Origin: a virus
Lineage: Duplodnaviria > Caudoviricetes
IMG/VR virus record: IMGVR_UViG_3300029288_007060
Coordinates: 94,008-158,007 of that record
Strand: one strand, 5' to 3'
Length of the DNA stretch: 64,000 bases
A model generated the notes under the pieces. It saw only the letters and a list, made by a program, of their open reading frames with translations, was not told the origin of the DNA and did not search any database. The position numbers and the translations under genes are program-made. Positions 61,170 through 64,000 of the stretch are shown in pieces (position 1 is the stretch's first letter; each line of letters starts with the position of its first letter).

Positions 61170-61803
61170 GATAAAAATTATACCTTTTTCTCTACCTTGG
61201 GAGGATACTCTACGACAGGCGCTGGCCCAATAGTAAGAGGAGGAATTGTAGCCGGTTTAGGAGTAGGCTCTCTGCGCTTTGGCGAATCATCCGCCTCAAA
61301 CGTAGGCGTGTTTAATGCCTTCAGCTTATCTATAATGCTGTCTCTATGGTTTATTAGACTATGCAGGCGCAATCTCCACCCACCATCATAATCTGCCTGC
61401 GGAAGACACTCTTCAATATCTTCTTTCACTCTCTTAAGTTCTTCTTCTAAGGTTTCTGTTTTAACCAACGAATCTACTTCGTCTGCCTCATCAAATAGGC
61501 CCTTTTCATCTAATTCGTTGGCCAATTTTACTAATTGTTTTAATAAGCTCATTTTGCTCTCCGTTTGTAATGCGGGTGCGTTTAATTTTTTCAGCCTGGC
61601 GATAATATCGTCTCTATGATCCATTAGATTACGCAAACGCAATCTCCATCTATCATCCGAATCCATCCATAACCATGCTTCGTCAATATGCTCACGTATG
61701 TTCTTAAGCTCTTCTAAGATTTCTCTTTTAGCCAACGCATCTGCTTCGTCTGCTGCACCAAACAATCCCTTCTCATCTAATTCGTTGGCCAATTTTACTA
61801 ATT
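60632..61803. repeat. Tag-encoding DNA repeat: 57 bp identical at 60632-60688 and 61480-61536; 31-bp core also at 61773-61803
   Basis: cgtctgcctcatcaaataggcccttttcatctaattcgttggccaattttactaatt, compared base by base. Confidence 0.9.
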
Positions 61804-61819
61804 TTTTTAACAGACTCAT
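61178..61819 (-). CDS. Tagged protein made of two tandem ~89-aa units
   Basis: MSLLK[KQ]LVKLANELDEKGLF...WRLRL..L..HRD.II..LK.LN.P occurs twice. Confidence 0.7.
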   Translation of the reverse strand: MSLLKKLVKLANELDEKGLFGAADEADALAKREILEELKNIREHIDEAWLWMDSDDRWRLRLRNLMDHRDDIIARLKKLNAPALQTESKMSLLKQLVKLANELDEKGLFDEADEVDSLVKTETLEEELKRVKEDIEECLPQADYDGGWRLRLHSLINHRDSIIDKLKALNTPTFEADDSPKRREPTPKPATIPPLTIGPAPVVEYPPKVEKKV

Positions 61820-62211
61820 TTTGTTCTCCGTTTAATTTCTCCACGAAACACTTTATCTAACCATTCTTGAGTCATTCTTTGTTTCTTGGTGGTATCTGGA
61901 GCTTCTTTAAATGATTTTTGTATAACTATAATATCATGTCTTCCAGTTTTCCTAATCACAGCAATGTATACAAACTCATGGGATTTTCTTATTTCGGCTG
62001 GTTCTTCGGAACGCAATATGAATCGGTGCAATGGGGTGGCAGAATTATAATCCATTGCTATCAAATAATTGATAGAATCATTCGGCCCGAGCATACCAGG
62101 AACGCTTTTATAATACTCTCTCCAGTACTTACGAACCTTGGTGGATATTCCAATGCTGCCACCACCGCTTGGTGTTTCGATTCCTGCATTATGTCTGAGA
62201 GAGAGTTTCAT
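61816..62211 (-). CDS. Hypothetical basic protein
   Basis: Translationally coupled to both neighbours (TAA-ATG, ATGA). Confidence 0.55.
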   Translation of the reverse strand: MKLSLRHNAGIETPSGGGSIGISTKVRKYWREYYKSVPGMLGPNDSINYLIAMDYNSATPLHRFILRSEEPAEIRKSHEFVYIAVIRKTGRHDIIVIQKSFKEAPDTTKKQRMTQEWLDKVFRGEIKRRTK

Positions 62212-62922
62212 TTATTTCCTATGATTAATAAAATATACCAAATACGGGCTTGCGGTGCATATAGAAACATGATCAAACCCATTTGGACCCGCCACCAACA
62301 TACCCACAACAAATCCTTCTGCATTAAACACCGGGGAACCCGAATTGCCAGGCGCTGCTGCGGCATCTACCGTTAGTTTGGAAGGCATTCCTTCATACAT
62401 ATCCTTGCTGTCCTTTAATACTGTTTTGCCTTCAAACGATGTGGCAAATACGCCCAAAGGAGCCCCAACAATATATACGGTGGTATGCAATGGCATACCA
62501 GAATAATTGGGCGTGAATTTAACAGGAGCTAGCCCATGGCCGTCTTTCTGCAACAAACAAATGTCATTTTTGGCATCGATTTTAAGTATCCTTAGCCCAT
62601 TAGTTTCTAATATAGTTTCGTCATCAGGGGCATAGAATTGCATAAAGATATCATTTACCAAAACGCCCGCGGCCTGGTATTGTAAAATTCCAGCGCAAAC
62701 GTGTCCAGCAGTCATTATCTGGTTTTTGTTAATAGCAAAGCCGGCGCCAGACATTTGTCTTCCATCGGGACTTTTACCAACAATCATGCCAATAGATTTG
62801 TAGGTCTTATTAACATCGAAACTCGGCTTTTTAGATTGGGTGGCGTCAGAATCTACATTAAAATTGAAAGTGCAACAAGCGGTAACAAGAAACAAGCAAG
62901 CAACTAAAAATCTTTTAAACAT
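62212..62922 (-). CDS. Trypsin-like (S1) serine protease, probable lipoprotein
   Basis: Triad motifs TAGHVC, DICLL, GNSGSP; signal MFKRFLVACLFLVTA-C; ATG 62922 with GGAG. Confidence 0.85.
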   Translation of the reverse strand: MFKRFLVACLFLVTACCTFNFNVDSDATQSKKPSFDVNKTYKSIGMIVGKSPDGRQMSGAGFAINKNQIMTAGHVCAGILQYQAAGVLVNDIFMQFYAPDDETILETNGLRILKIDAKNDICLLQKDGHGLAPVKFTPNYSGMPLHTTVYIVGAPLGVFATSFEGKTVLKDSKDMYEGMPSKLTVDAAAAPGNSGSPVFNAEGFVVGMLVAGPNGFDHVSICTASPYLVYFINHRK

Positions 62923-63005
62923 ATACAGCTCCATTTATTTGAATTTTTAAATTACGCTTTTTATGCTACTGCTCAATCATATATTACTTACCTCTTGCGT
63001 GGTAT

Positions 63006-63689
63006 TTAACTTTCTTTTATTAAGTCATCAATCCTAACTTTCCCCTCCACTATATCTCTAACCGTCAAAGTCTCTGGAATAAAAACATCTTTTAAGTGTG
63101 GACTAACAGTTGGGCGCCCCAAGTCTAAATCTGGATTGCCTTTAACAATGTTCAACAACCCTCTGGCCCCGGCCAAATCCCCATTATGCAAGAAATTCAT
63201 TAGTGTTCGAAAATCATCTGTCGTAAGTTGTAGGTCAGAAGCAGAAATATGAGACATTATGTTTTTGGCAGTTTCCAGGTCATCACTCTTCAGTGCTTTA
63301 ATCAGCATATTGGTTTGAGCCATAGAGGCCATTTTTATTAGTTCGTCGACTTTATCCGCCTCCGCATAAAGACCTTGTGAATCTAATGAATTTGATATTT
63401 TAACTAATCTTTTTATAAGACAACATGTTCTTTTGATGTCTTTAAAAACCCCATCTTCCTTAGCAGAATCTTCCATTTTTTCTAAGCGGGTGTAATAATC
63501 AGGTATTTCAGTCAGGTGGTCTAAAGCAATATCTTGGGCTATTTCAGTATTGGAGTTGTGCTCATACTCAATTTCAATTCCGGCATCTAATTCTTTTGAA
63601 TCAACATCTTTTGGCTCGGTGAATTGCCCCAACCCACCAGGAATTTTGTCTGTAGGGCTGCTTTCTTCCCTTTTTGATAGTTTTTTCAT
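63006..63689 (-). CDS. DUF5661-like domain protein carrying the tag
   Basis: GIEIEYEH...IALDHLTEIPDYYTRL, then LVKISNSLDSQGLYAEADKVDELIKMA. Confidence 0.6.
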   Translation of the reverse strand: MKKLSKREESSPTDKIPGGLGQFTEPKDVDSKELDAGIEIEYEHNSNTEIAQDIALDHLTEIPDYYTRLEKMEDSAKEDGVFKDIKRTCCLIKRLVKISNSLDSQGLYAEADKVDELIKMASMAQTNMLIKALKSDDLETAKNIMSHISASDLQLTTDDFRTLMNFLHNGDLAGARGLLNIVKGNPDLDLGRPTVSPHLKDVFIPETLTVRDIVEGKVRIDDLIKES

Positions 63690-63703
63690 ATAATACTCCA
63701 ACA

Positions 63704-64000
63704 TTACTTATTAAATATTTTATTTCCAGTATTAAGCGCAGGTCTCATGATATCATTAATATTCAGGCCAGGCTCCCAAAAGAGCTCGATACTTTCTTCA
63801 TTTACGTAGAATATTTTCCCTTTGTTGTCCAAAGTCAGCACACCGCTCTCTTTATCATATTCCAGCACTATTCCTTTTATTATATTGCGATTTAATACCA
63901 TAGAGTCAGAATAGTAAATATATTCTGATTCATCTCTGCAATGAAATTCTATCTCTTTGTTTTTAAAGTGTTTTTCTATAAAGATGCCCGCATTATTCAT
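63704..64000 (-). CDS. Hypothetical protein (start may lie outside the window)
   Basis: 98-aa ORF at the edge. Confidence 0.5.
   Translation of the reverse strand: MNNAGIFIEKHFKNKEIEFHCRDESEYIYYSDSMVLNRNIIKGIVLEYDKESGVLTLDNKGKIFYVNEESIELFWEPGLNINDIMRPALNTGNKIFNK

Noticed and set aside
1075-63895. Plus-strand ORFs and short alternative-frame minus ORFs in the track
   Set aside because: They are shadows of long minus-strand genes and show no recognisable motifs.
1-64000. Stop-codon reassignment
   Set aside because: Genes are full length in code 11; TAG and TGA end genes at coupled junctions such as 1150 and 61816.

Overview
The whole 64-kb window is the virion morphogenesis (late) region of a large contractile-tailed dsDNA phage. 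It is AT-rich, uses standard code 11 with strong GGAG/AGGAGG ribosome-binding sites, and every credible gene is on the minus strand. In transcription order it contains: a block of putative internal-head/cargo proteins, a prohead protease-scaffold fusion, two decoration paralogues, the HK97-type major capsid protein, neck proteins, four very large fibre/spike proteins, tail terminator, sheath, tube, a frameshifted tail chaperone, tape measure, and baseplate hub and spike. Four free-standing homing endonucleases (one frameshifted), a cold-shock protein, a YiiX-like amidase and a lipoprotein serine protease are interspersed. I saw no portal, terminase, tRNA, CRISPR array or reverse transcriptase. 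Main unexplained signals: (1) a portable ~28-aa tag (L-x-K-L-A-x-x-L-D-x-x-G-x4-A-D-x-[VI]-D) in 7 otherwise different head-region proteins, copied exactly as 57 bp of DNA between two genes and accompanied by K-x-A putative protease sites, which looks like a modular capsid-loading system whose cargo includes three peptidoglycan-binding candidate ejection proteins (two with membrane-type segments); (2) a D-G-Y / D-A-Y-G motif strongly over-represented in outer virion proteins, a candidate tyrosine-modification signal; (3) a 9-copy late-promoter-like motif that precedes every homing endonuclease; (4) a slippery site plus H-type pseudoknot at the tail chaperone. All functional calls come from motif recognition and gene order by eye, not from database searches.
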